64,000 nucleotides of DNA from Bacteroidota bacterium (GTDB taxonomy: Bacteria > Bacteroidota > Bacteroidia > 2-12-FULL-35-15), in contig CANFRC010000009.1 of assembly GCA_947449315.1 (NCBI GenBank), positions 71,157-135,156 on the forward strand. The letters run 5' to 3'. Positions within the stretch are counted from its first letter, which is position 1. Each line of letters starts with the position of its first letter. A program made the translations under genes and the position numbers. The notes under the pieces are model-generated. The model saw only the letters and a program-made list of their open reading frames with translations. It made no database searches and had not been told where the DNA came from. Of this stretch, positions 1 through 9,507 are shown one piece after another.

Positions 1-613
1 GAACAACACCTATCATTAATAAGAAGGATAAGGCTAGTACTTTTATTGTTGGATTATCATTTATAAAGTCGCTTACTTTTCCTGAAAATAAGATCATAAT
101 GATCATAGCGACAAGTACAGCTGCAATCATGATCAGAAGATTCGACACTAAACCTACAGCAGTTAAAATAGAATCGAATGAAAAAACGATATCTATTACC
201 ACAATTTGCAACACAATAGCATTAAAACTTATCTTTTTTACATTCATTTCTTCATCATCATAACCTTGAATCTTATTATGCAACTCCATTGTAGTTTTAT
301 ACAACAAGAAAACGCCTCCTGAAAACAAAATAAGATCCCTGCCAGTAACTCCAAAGTTACCAATAGAAAATAACGCATCTTTCAAACCTACTATCCATGA
401 AATGCTAAACAATAAAGCTACACGCATTATTAGAGCCAATAAAAGACCAATGGTTCTTGCCTTGCCTTGCTCAACACGGGGAAGCTTTCCTGCTATTATA
501 GATATAAAGATGATATTATCAATGCCTAATACTATTTCGAGAACCGATAAGGTGAGTAAACTGATAAAAGAAGAAAGCGTAAAAAGCTCGTGAAAATCTT
601 GTGCTATATGCAT
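1..613 (-). CDS. TerC family integral membrane protein (partial; C-terminus lies beyond the window start; ATG at 613-611 on the complement)
   Basis: Reverse-strand translation MHIAQDFHELFTLSSFISLLTLSVLEIVLGIDNIIFISIIAGKLP...VAMIIMILFSGKVSDF is polytopic and hydrophobic with TerC/YkoY-like motifs. No in-frame stop before position 1. Confidence 0.55.
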   Translation of the reverse strand, partial: MHIAQDFHELFTLSSFISLLTLSVLEIVLGIDNIIFISIIAGKLPRVEQGKARTIGLLLALIMRVALLFSISWIVGLKDALFSIGNFGVTGRDLILFSGGVFLLYKTTMELHNKIQGYDDEEMNVKKISFNAIVLQIVVIDIVFSFDSILTAVGLVSNLLIMIAAVLVAMIIMILFSGKVSDFINDNPTIKVLALSFLLMIGVV

Positions 614-1063
614 AAATGAAAATTTTATGTAAAAATACGCAGATTTATCCAATTCAAGTAAAATTTATAACCCTGAAAAAACAAGTTGTTATAAATTATT
701 TTAGTAATAAGCCAAACAAGGAACGATTCATTATAAACAACTTTGCAATCTTTAAAGGCTGAATACAGATTACTTAAGAATCGTTTTTTCATTTCGTTAG
801 TTGAAGCGTTATGAAATCGAAGAAGAAAATAAAAGAGGGTATAATTCGTGTAAAATTTAATTTCACGAGAATACGTTCGCAGCATTTCTTATTCTCCGCC
901 CTATCTAATAAAAGCGATAAGTAATGCACTTATGGGTTTTATTATGAATAAATGCTTTGAAACTAATTCATTAAAGTCTCATCCAAATATTTCTTTGAAA
1001 CGATTCTATTTGCTAAATCAAATCATTATATTTGTAAACAACGAATATTTAACGATTACAATT

Positions 1064-3490
1064 ATGTCGAAAGCAGAAGAAACAATTCCCACAGGAAAAA
1101 CGAAAGTATCCGAATACATCAAAATAGTTTTAAATGATTACCGCATCGCTAACGAAAGCCGTGAAGCCAGTTTGATGGGAAGACGTGAAGTACTGACAGG
1201 AAAAGCTAAATTCGGAATCTTTGGTGATGGAAAGGAAGTTGCGCAATTAGCTATGGCAAAAGTATTCCAAAATGGAGATTTTCGTTCAGGATATTACCGA
1301 GACCAAACTTTTATGTTTGCTACCAATAACCTATCGTTACAGGAATGGTTTGCTGGACTTTATGGACATACGGATGTTGATGCAGAACCGATGAGTGCCG
1401 GCAGACAGATGGGTGGGCATTTTGGAACACGTAGTTTAAATGCGGATGGTACTTGGAAAGATCTTACTAAGATAAAAAATTCATCGCCCGATATTTCTCC
1501 TACGGGTGGACAGATGCCTCGCCTATTAGGTTTAGCAATGGCTTCTAAACAATATAAGAATAACCCTGAATTACAAAAAGATAAATTTCACATCTTTTCT
1601 AACAAAGGATCAGAAATAGCTTTTGGAACCATTGGTGATGCCAGCACTTCTGAAGGATTATTCTGGGAAACAATCAATGCAGCCGGTGTTATGCAAGTCC
1701 CCATGCTTGTTTCTGTTTGGGATGACGGACATGGAATCTCTGTTCCTAAAAAATACCAAACAACCAAAGAAAGTATTTCTGAAATATTAAAAGGTTTCCA
1801 GCGTGAAAACGAAGGAAGCGGATATGAAATTTTTAAAACAAAAGGCTGGGATTACGCACATCTGTGCGAAACGTATGAAAAAGCATCGAGAGTTTGCCGC
1901 GAACAGCATGTTCCTGTTTTAATTCATGTAGAAGAAGTTACGCAACCTCAAGGGCATAGTACATCGGGCTCTCATGAGCGTTATAAATCAAAAGAACGTT
2001 TGAAATGGGAATCCGATTTTGATGGCATCAAAAAAATGCGCGAATGGATCATCGCCAATAAATTATCGACAGATAATGAATTGAACGAGATTGAAGAAAA
2101 TGCAAAAAAAGTAGTTCGAGAAGCAAAATCTGCTGCATGGAGCGCTTATTTGAATCCGATAAAAGCAGAATTAAAAGAAGTTAGTTTGTTGATGGATGCT
2201 ATTGCTGCGCTATCTTCAAATGCTGCCTTCATCGCAAAAATTAAAAACGACCTCTATTCTATTTTAGAACCTATCCGTAAAGACATAATTGTGGCCGCTA
2301 AAAGTGTTTTACGTTTAACACGTAACGAGAATATTGCCGCTAAAAAACAATTAGTTGACTGGATCAACGAATCAAAATTAGCCAATCACGATCGCTATAG
2401 CTCCTATTTACAAAGTGAATCTGAATTCAGCGCACTGAAAGTAAAAACTCAAAAAGCCGAATTTAACGGGGAAGCAAAAACAGTAGATGGCAGAGAATTA
2501 TTACGCGAAAATTTCAATGCCATTCTTGCTAAATATCCTGAAGTTTTGATATTTGGAGAAGATGCAGGAAAAATTGGTGGCGTAAATCAAGGACTGGAAG
2601 GTTTACAGGAAAAATACGGCGAGATACGCGTTTTTGATACAGGTATTCGTGAAGCTACCATTATGGGCCAAGCAATTGGAATGGCAATGCGCGGATTACG
2701 TCCGATCGCTGAAATACAATATCTAGACTATTTATTATACGCTTTGCAAATCATGAGCGATGATCTAGCAACAGTTCAATACCGCACAAAGGGCGGACAA
2801 AAAGCGCCAGTCATTGTTCGTACAAGAGGCCATCGTTTAGAAGGTATCTGGCACAGTGGCTCTCCGATGGGAATGATCATTAATTCTCTGCGAGGCATCC
2901 ATGTATGTGTTCCAAGAAATATGCAGCAAGCAGCAGGTTTTTACAATACGCTATTATCAGCAGATGAACCAGCATTAGTGATTGAACCGTTAAACGGATA
3001 CCGTTTAAAAGAACAATTACCTAGTAACTTAGGTGAATATAAAATCCCATTAGGTGTTGTAGAAATTATCAATGAAGGTACGGATGTAACTCTAGTTACA
3101 TATGGTTCTTGCTGCCGCATAGCTTTGGAAGCAATAAAACAATTGGCCGAAGCTGATATTTCAGTAGAAGTGATCGATGTACAAACATTGTTACCCTTTG
3201 ATCTAAATCACTCGATCGTTAAATCAGTAAAGAAAACAAATCGATTGGTTATTTTAGATGAAGATGTTTCCGGTGGAGCAAGTGCATATATTCTGCAAAA
3301 AGTTCTTGAAGAGCAAGGTGCTTATCAACTCCTTGATTCAGAGCCACGAACATTAGCGGCAAAAGATCATCGTCCTGCCTATGGTTCTGATGGAGACTAT
3401 TTTTCTAAGCCAAGTCCAGATGATGTTTTCGATACTATTTATGAGCTGATGCACGAAACGAATCCAGGAAAATTCCCTAGAATTTATTAA
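1064..3490 (+). CDS. 2-oxoacid dehydrogenase E1 component, fused alpha/beta subunits (TPP-dependent). The ORF is open from 932, but MSKAEE at 1064 is the more plausible start.
   Basis: The 852-aa ORF has an N-terminal E1-alpha-like TPP-binding region and a C-terminal E1-beta/transketolase-C-like region (…VFDTGIREATIMGQAIGMAMRGLRPIAEIQYLDY…). Fused alpha/beta E1 is typical of Bacteroidota. Confidence 0.75.
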   Translation: MSKAEETIPTGKTKVSEYIKIVLNDYRIANESREASLMGRREVLTGKAKFGIFGDGKEVAQLAMAKVFQNGDFRSGYYRDQTFMFATNNLSLQEWFAGLYGHTDVDAEPMSAGRQMGGHFGTRSLNADGTWKDLTKIKNSSPDISPTGGQMPRLLGLAMASKQYKNNPELQKDKFHIFSNKGSEIAFGTIGDASTSEGLFWETINAAGVMQVPMLVSVWDDGHGISVPKKYQTTKESISEILKGFQRENEGSGYEIFKTKGWDYAHLCETYEKASRVCREQHVPVLIHVEEVTQPQGHSTSGSHERYKSKERLKWESDFDGIKKMREWIIANKLSTDNELNEIEENAKKVVREAKSAAWSAYLNPIKAELKEVSLLMDAIAALSSNAAFIAKIKNDLYSILEPIRKDIIVAAKSVLRLTRNENIAAKKQLVDWINESKLANHDRYSSYLQSESEFSALKVKTQKAEFNGEAKTVDGRELLRENFNAILAKYPEVLIFGEDAGKIGGVNQGLEGLQEKYGEIRVFDTGIREATIMGQAIGMAMRGLRPIAEIQYLDYLLYALQIMSDDLATVQYRTKGGQKAPVIVRTRGHRLEGIWHSGSPMGMIINSLRGIHVCVPRNMQQAAGFYNTLLSADEPALVIEPLNGYRLKEQLPSNLGEYKIPLGVVEIINEGTDVTLVTYGSCCRIALEAIKQLAEADISVEVIDVQTLLPFDLNHSIVKSVKKTNRLVILDEDVSGGASAYILQKVLEEQGAYQLLDSEPRTLAAKDHRPAYGSDGDYFSKPSPDDVFDTIYELMHETNPGKFPRIY

Positions 3491-3535
3491 AAAATATAAC
3501 CGCAAATTCTTTTTTGAAATTACGGTTATTAATGA

Positions 3536-4360
3536 TTGTTCCAATTGAAAAAGACCACCGAATCTGACTCAAAATACCATTCACTCGAAAAAATGAGTGT
3601 ACGGGAATTACTTACAAATATTAACAAGGAAGATAAAACAGTTCCTGCTGCTATTGAAAAAGAGATTCCGAAAATTGAGAAACTAGTGAATGTAATTGTA
3701 AAACAAATGAAAGCTGGCGGGCGTTTGTTTTATATGGGTGCAGGTACAAGCGGCCGCCTGGGAGTAGTAGATGCGAGTGAATGTCCACCTACATATGGTG
3801 TTCCTCAAGGATTGGTAATTGGTCTAATTGCTGGTGGCGACAAAGCCATCCGTAAAGCTGTTGAATTTGCTGAAGATGATAAAGAACAAGGTTGGAAAGA
3901 TTTACTTCAACATAAAATAAATAAAAAAGATGTGGTGATCGGAATTGCGGCATCAGGCTCTACTCCTTATGTAGTTAGCGCTTTAGACTATTGCAATAAA
4001 AATGGTATCACAACGGGTTGTATCGTTTGTAATAAAGGAAGTAATGTAGCTAAAGTTTCAAAATATAAAATTGAAGTGGTGGTAGGTCCTGAATTTGTTA
4101 CAGGGAGTACACGAATGAAATCGGGTACAGCACAAAAGTTAACCTTGAATATGATCTCTACTTCCGTGATGATAAAGCTCGGTAAAGTAAAAGGGAATAA
4201 AATGGTCGACATGAAACTAAGCAATAACAAGCTAGTGGACAGAGGAACAAAAATGGTTGCCACAGAAATAAAAGTAACCTACACGAAAGCAAATGAATTA
4301 TTGCTCAAACATGGTAGCGTCAGGAAAGCTGTTGACTATTATAAAAATTTGAAAAGTTAA
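3536..4360 (+). CDS. murQ: N-acetylmuramic acid 6-phosphate etherase (SIS domain)
   Basis: Strong colinear similarity to E. coli MurQ: EDKTVPAAIEKEIP…GGRLFYMGAGTSGRLGVVDASECPPTYGV…GIAASGSTPYVVSALDY…VTGSTRMKSGTAQKLTLNMIST. Confidence 0.85.
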   Translation: MFQLKKTTESDSKYHSLEKMSVRELLTNINKEDKTVPAAIEKEIPKIEKLVNVIVKQMKAGGRLFYMGAGTSGRLGVVDASECPPTYGVPQGLVIGLIAGGDKAIRKAVEFAEDDKEQGWKDLLQHKINKKDVVIGIAASGSTPYVVSALDYCNKNGITTGCIVCNKGSNVAKVSKYKIEVVVGPEFVTGSTRMKSGTAQKLTLNMISTSVMIKLGKVKGNKMVDMKLSNNKLVDRGTKMVATEIKVTYTKANELLLKHGSVRKAVDYYKNLKS

Positions 4361-4422
4361 TTACTAAGTTAACTAGGAATACCGGAATTAAAAAATTATC
4401 CCCAATCAACTCTTTTCCTAAA

Positions 4423-4989
4423 ATGCAGGATATAGAACCATTTTACAACTGGCGACATTTTTACATCGCATCAGAAGATGAGCGTTCTCCATTTTTTGGC
4501 CGAGAATACAGTGAATTCGAGTATACAAATGCTATCTATAATTTCCTGATTCATCCACAATGGGATGACATCGACTCCCCTACTCTTTATATAAAAATAC
4601 TTGCAGTCGATTATGATTTAGGGTATGTGATCATAGAATTGATAGGTGAATGGAATGATGCGATCAACAATGACATCATGCTTTTAAAACGTGATATCAT
4701 TGAACAAATCATGCAATATGGTGTAAATAAATTCATATTGATCGGAGAAAATATTTTGAATTTCCATGCAGCGAATGATTGTTATTATGAAGAATGGTTT
4801 GAAGAAATTGAAGATGGATGGATTGCTTTTTTAAATTTCAGAAAACATGTTCTGGAAGAATTTCACAGAGCAAACATCGATTATTATATTGTTTCTGGTG
4901 GGCAACTGAACGACATAGGATGGCGCACTTCAACCCCACAGCAACTATTTGAAAAGGTAGAGCATTTTGTTCAAAAAAGGATCGGGTAA
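4423..4989 (+). CDS. hypothetical cytoplasmic protein
   Basis: 188-aa ORF with compact spacing in a + strand gene run. No recognisable motif. Confidence 0.45.
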   Translation: MQDIEPFYNWRHFYIASEDERSPFFGREYSEFEYTNAIYNFLIHPQWDDIDSPTLYIKILAVDYDLGYVIIELIGEWNDAINNDIMLLKRDIIEQIMQYGVNKFILIGENILNFHAANDCYYEEWFEEIEDGWIAFLNFRKHVLEEFHRANIDYYIVSGGQLNDIGWRTSTPQQLFEKVEHFVQKRIG

Positions 4990-5150
4990 ACCTCGTCATA
5001 CCATCTCATATTAAATAAAATCTCTTGCATCAACTTCTTTTCCTCCCCGCTCATTTATGAATGGTCACCTTGTTGGTGTTCGCTATTATTTACCGATTCA
5101 TTTTAGCATGAAATAGCATTATTCCTCAAAAATAATCTCCCTATTTTCCT

Positions 5151-5158
5151 TATATTTG
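5151..5158 (+). promoter_or_regulatory. Bacteroidota-type -7 promoter element TAnnTTTG (TATATTTG) upstream of pruA
   Basis: Exact TAnnTTTG match about 45 nt upstream of the preferred ATG at 5204. No clear -33 TTTG element. Confidence 0.3.
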
Positions 5159-5203
5159 CAACTCAATTTAAATTCAACATTTACAATTTATAACTCTCTT
5201 ATT

Positions 5204-6844
5204 ATGCCAAAAGGAATTTATACCGTTCCCGTTCCGGTGAACGAACCAATTAAAAGCTATGCTGCAGGAAGTCCTGAAAGAATTGCAACACAAGCAATGT
5301 TAAAAGAACTACGGTCTAAAGAATTAGATATCCCAATGTATATTGGCGGGAAAGAAGTGCGTAGCAATGACAAAGTTCGTCTTGCTCCACCTCATGATCA
5401 TAAACATACATTAGGGCATTTCCATAAAAGCACAAAAGAACATGTAACACAAGCTATTGAAGCGGCATTGGCTGCAAAACCAAAATGGGAAGCGTTGGCT
5501 TGGGAACACCGTGCAAGCATCTTTTTAAAGGCTGCTGAATTAATTGCTGGTCCGTACCGTGCAAAATTAAATGCTGCAACCATGCTAGGACAATCAAAAA
5601 ATGCGTTTCAAGCAGAGATCGACTCGGCTTGTGAAATCATTGATTTTCTAAGATTCAATGTAATATACATGACCGAAATCTACAAACAACAACCTCCTGT
5701 TGCAGGAACAGGTTTTGGTGTTTGGAACCGTGTTGAGCATAGACCTTTGGAAGGCTTTATTTATGCTTTAACACCTTTTAACTTTACTGCCATAGCAGGT
5801 AATTTACCTACATCATGTGCAATGATGGGAAATGTGGTAGTCTGGAAACCGTCAAATACTCAAGTTTATGCTGCAAATGTTCTGATGGAGATATTTATGA
5901 AAGCTGGAGTTCCTGATGGAGTAATCAATTTAATTTATCCTTCAGGACCTGATGCTGCTGATGTTATTTTCTCTCACGCCGACTTTGCAGGTATTCATTT
6001 TACTGGCTCTACAGAAGTGTTTCAAAATATCTGGAAAACAATAGGAAACAATATTCACAAATACAAAACATACCCTAGAATTGTCGGAGAAACGGGAGGG
6101 AAAGATTTTATCATGGCACACAAATCTGCAGATGCAAAAATTTTAGCAACAGCTATCAGTCGTGGTGCATTTGAGTATCAAGGCCAAAAATGTTCCGCTG
6201 CATCTCGTGCATATATTCCAAGTAATCTTTGGGAAGAAGTAAAAGAATTGTTGATTACCGATCTAAAGTCATTCAAGATGGGACCAACAGAAGATTTCAC
6301 CAACTTTATTAATGCCGTGATCGATGAAAAATCTTTTGATAAATTAGCGAAATATATTGATGCTGCTAAGAAAGATAAAGAAGTAGAAATTATTGCTGGT
6401 GGCAATTACGACAAGTCAAAAGGTTGGTTCATAGAGCCTACAATCATTGTCGCTAAAGATCCAAAGTATGTGACCATGTGCGAAGAATTATTCGGTCCTG
6501 TATTAACACTTTATGTTTACGACGCGGAAAAATTTGATGAGACCTTAAAAATTGTGGACGCTACTTCTATTTATGCTCTAACAGGAGCTATTATAGCCCA
6601 AGATCGTTATGCCATTGAACACGCAACAAAAGCATTAAGAAATGCTGCAGGTAATTTTTACATCAATGATAAATGTACAGGAGCGGTAGTTGGACAACAA
6701 CCCTTTGGTGGCGCTCGCGGTTCAGGAACAAATGATAAAGCAGGTGCTATGATCAATTTATTACGTTGGGTTTCCCCTCGTACAATAAAAGAAACATTTG
6801 TTCCACCTACAGATTACAGATACCCTTTCTTACAAGCAGATTAG
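5204..6844 (+). CDS. pruA: L-glutamate gamma-semialdehyde (1-pyrroline-5-carboxylate) dehydrogenase. The ORF is open from 5156; MPKGIYTVP at 5204 is the preferred start.
   Basis: Aldehyde dehydrogenase superfamily with P5CDH-type N-terminus (MPKGIYTVPVPVNEPIKSYA), catalytic Cys region (FEYQGQKCSAASRAYIP) and Glu motif (VGETGGKDF). Confidence 0.8.
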   Translation: MPKGIYTVPVPVNEPIKSYAAGSPERIATQAMLKELRSKELDIPMYIGGKEVRSNDKVRLAPPHDHKHTLGHFHKSTKEHVTQAIEAALAAKPKWEALAWEHRASIFLKAAELIAGPYRAKLNAATMLGQSKNAFQAEIDSACEIIDFLRFNVIYMTEIYKQQPPVAGTGFGVWNRVEHRPLEGFIYALTPFNFTAIAGNLPTSCAMMGNVVVWKPSNTQVYAANVLMEIFMKAGVPDGVINLIYPSGPDAADVIFSHADFAGIHFTGSTEVFQNIWKTIGNNIHKYKTYPRIVGETGGKDFIMAHKSADAKILATAISRGAFEYQGQKCSAASRAYIPSNLWEEVKELLITDLKSFKMGPTEDFTNFINAVIDEKSFDKLAKYIDAAKKDKEVEIIAGGNYDKSKGWFIEPTIIVAKDPKYVTMCEELFGPVLTLYVYDAEKFDETLKIVDATSIYALTGAIIAQDRYAIEHATKALRNAAGNFYINDKCTGAVVGQQPFGGARGSGTNDKAGAMINLLRWVSPRTIKETFVPPTDYRYPFLQAD

Positions 6845-6863
6845 TATTTCACATACTGATAAA

Positions 6864-6898
6864 AAAACGTTCCGACAGAAGCGGGACGTTTTTTTTAT
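6864..6898 (+). terminator. Rho-independent terminator after pruA
   Basis: Hairpin aacgttccg-acagaag-cgggacgtt followed by a T8 run. Confidence 0.5.
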
Positions 6899-6947
6899 TT
6901 ACTATTTGAGTATTTATAGTATATTAGTTTAATCAATTATATACCAA

Positions 6948-7373
6948 ATGAAAAACAGAATCTATCTAATAATTACCTGCTTCAGTATCTTATACTTTTC
7001 TGAAAATACTTTCGCACAGGAAAAAGCAAAAACGGAAATCACTTCGGTAATACAAAATGCCCAAACTGTTGAATTGACTATTGAATCAACTACTCCATTC
7101 TATTTTGGAGGAAATGTTCATATTCTTCATGTCGGAAATAATGATTTTAAAATGTATAAACAAACAAAAAATAATGGCAAAGGACAGCTAACCTATTTGA
7201 TCCCGATCTCTGATTGGAATACTCTGACAAATGGAGCTGATGTTTGGGTGACGTATGGAAATCTTTTTAAAACAAGTCCAGATCAAAATATTGATATTAA
7301 AACCCTTTGTGAAAAAGCACCTCAAAAATGCTGGTATCTGGGCAAATTCAATGCAGATCTATTGAAAAAATAA
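6948..7373 (+). CDS. small secreted hypothetical protein (signal peptide)
   Basis: 141 aa. N-terminal hydrophobic signal MKNRIYLIITCFSILYFSENTFAQ. Confidence 0.45.
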   Translation: MKNRIYLIITCFSILYFSENTFAQEKAKTEITSVIQNAQTVELTIESTTPFYFGGNVHILHVGNNDFKMYKQTKNNGKGQLTYLIPISDWNTLTNGADVWVTYGNLFKTSPDQNIDIKTLCEKAPQKCWYLGKFNADLLKK

Positions 7374-7397
7374 TTTTAATTCGATAATGATATTACA

Positions 7398-9398
7398 ATG
7401 ACAATAAAAAAAATAAATCTAGCCGTACTTTTTCTTCTTGCATTATTAATCGGTTCTAATATAAACAAGACGATTGCGCAAACCACTCCCGATCCAGGAA
7501 TAGCAGGATCGTATAGTGTGCTTTCACTTGAATATAATTTAGGAGATCTCGCATTTTCTGATCCTAGTTTTCCAAACCCTATGGAAGTAAGAGGTTCTGT
7601 TCATTATCCTTCCTCATTATCAGGCGGACCTTTTCCTGTTTTGATGCTTATGCACGGTCGTCATGAAACAACCTATCAAACCAGTAACCCGTCCAACACA
7701 AATAGCAATTGGCCTCCTTCTTCAGGTTTTCAATCCATCACCAGTTTTCAAGGCTATGATTATTTTGCTACGCAAATGGCAAGTCATGGATACATTGTGA
7801 TTTCCATTTCTACCAATGCTATCAATGCGGCAGATGCGGGTGTTGCTGATTATGGAATGTCGGCTCGGGCAGCTTTGATGCAATATCATTTAAATTTATG
7901 GAACACATACAACACCGTTGGAGGAACTCCATTCGGAACGATGTTTGTCGGAAAATTAGATATGAATAACATCGGTACTATGGGACATTCTCGTGGTGGT
8001 GAAGGTGTTGTTGCAAATGCTTTACTTAACAGATCTTTAGGCAGTCCGTATGGTATAAAAGCTGTACTTACGCTTGCTCCTGTTGATTTTTTAAGAGAAG
8101 TATTAAACAATGTTCCTTTCTTGAATATCGCACCTTATTGCGATGGTGATGTTTCCAATCTTCAAGGTGTTCATTATTTAGATGATGCGCGTTATTCTGT
8201 TCCAACAGATGAGTCACCAAAACATTCTGTTTTATTGATGGGTGCTGATCATAATTTTTTTAATACCGTTTGGACTCCCGGATTATATCCAGCAGGAGGT
8301 TCAGACGACTGGTCATACACTTCCGATCCACATTGCGGTAGCGGGCCAACAAATAAACGATTAACTCCTACTGAACAACAAGCGGCATTCAATACCTATG
8401 CAAGTGCATTTTTTCGTTTATACATTGGAAATGAAACAACCTTTGCTCCTATCCTTGAAGTGGATGATATCATTCCTCCCGCTTCTTCTATGCTTGATTC
8501 TTCAGCTGTTTACGTTTCTTATCATGCACCCTATTCAAAACGATTGGATATCAACAGAACAACAACTGTCGGTAATGCCACATCAAATACACTATCAGGA
8601 GCTGTTACAAACGGAGGATTAGTTTCTTCGGGAATATGTGGTGGCGGATTGGGAGAAGCTGCTTGTGGAGTAAGTACCATAGCAGATAAAGAACCACATA
8701 AAGGTACTTCTGGAACAGGTGGATTATCGCAAATGGCCATAAGATGGAATAGCGCCACAGATTTTTATCAGAATATTTTACCTCCAGCTTATCAAAATGT
8801 TACCAATTTTTTAGATCTACAATTCAGAGCCGCTGAAAATTTTAAAGAAACAACTTCCGGTACCGACCTTGATTTTACAGTACAATTAATTGATGTTTTG
8901 GGAAATACAAGCAGTCAGACTATAAATAGCCATACAAATGCGCTGTTTTTTCAACCTGGAACGCAACCCTGGGAATTACCAAAAGTATTGTTCAATACCA
9001 TAAAGATCCCCTTAAATTCTTTTACAGGAATCGATATGACACAAATAGAAAAGATCAAATTCCTCTTTGATAAAACAACTGCTGGCTCTATTTTAATAAG
9101 CGACCTAGCATTGACTGGTCACCCTCCATTAACAACTGCTGTTGCTAATAATTTAGGATCAACTGTATTGATATACCCCAATCCAACAGAAAATAACCTA
9201 ACTATTGATCTTGGGGATACCTATAAAGAAAATTCAAAAATCAATATCTATGACATTCAAGGGAAGTTGGTTTATTATTCGGAAAGTGTAAAAGAAGAAT
9301 TAGTTAGAATCAATATGAGTAATTTTGGAAAAGGTATCTACATTTTAAATATTATGAGTAACAAGAGCTCCAAAAATTATAAAATCGTAAAACAATAG
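7398..9398 (+). CDS. secreted alpha/beta-hydrolase (chlorophyllase / PAF-acetylhydrolase-like, GHSRGG nucleophile elbow) with C-terminal T9SS sorting domain
   Basis: Signal peptide; LMLMHGRHET and GTMGHSRGGEG lipase-type motifs. C-terminal ~80 aa (…VLIYPNPTENNLTIDLGD…INIYDIQGKLVYY…GKGIYILNI…KIVKQ) matches Por/T9SS CTD. Confidence 0.65.
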   Translation: MTIKKINLAVLFLLALLIGSNINKTIAQTTPDPGIAGSYSVLSLEYNLGDLAFSDPSFPNPMEVRGSVHYPSSLSGGPFPVLMLMHGRHETTYQTSNPSNTNSNWPPSSGFQSITSFQGYDYFATQMASHGYIVISISTNAINAADAGVADYGMSARAALMQYHLNLWNTYNTVGGTPFGTMFVGKLDMNNIGTMGHSRGGEGVVANALLNRSLGSPYGIKAVLTLAPVDFLREVLNNVPFLNIAPYCDGDVSNLQGVHYLDDARYSVPTDESPKHSVLLMGADHNFFNTVWTPGLYPAGGSDDWSYTSDPHCGSGPTNKRLTPTEQQAAFNTYASAFFRLYIGNETTFAPILEVDDIIPPASSMLDSSAVYVSYHAPYSKRLDINRTTTVGNATSNTLSGAVTNGGLVSSGICGGGLGEAACGVSTIADKEPHKGTSGTGGLSQMAIRWNSATDFYQNILPPAYQNVTNFLDLQFRAAENFKETTSGTDLDFTVQLIDVLGNTSSQTINSHTNALFFQPGTQPWELPKVLFNTIKIPLNSFTGIDMTQIEKIKFLFDKTTAGSILISDLALTGHPPLTTAVANNLGSTVLIYPNPTENNLTIDLGDTYKENSKINIYDIQGKLVYYSESVKEELVRINMSNFGKGIYILNIMSNKSSKNYKIVKQ

Positions 9399-9507
9399 AA
9401 ACATTGATCATCAGTCTATACTATTCATAAAATATATCCTATCTTAAAAGTGGTGATACATTCCAATGGTATGAGTATTTTTATCCTGTGAAGGAAATGA
9501 TCGTTAA

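Noticed and set aside
402-885. ORFs 402-593 (+) and 625-885 (-)
   Set aside because: The first lies antisense inside the TerC-family gene. The second sits in an AT-rich intergenic leader and has junk-like composition (FYTNYTLFYFLL…).
932-1063. N-terminal 44-codon extension of the E1 dehydrogenase ORF
   Set aside because: The sequence (MGFIMNKCFETNSLKSHPNISLKRFYLL…) is AT-rich and of non-protein-like composition. The conserved protein begins at MSKAEE (1064).
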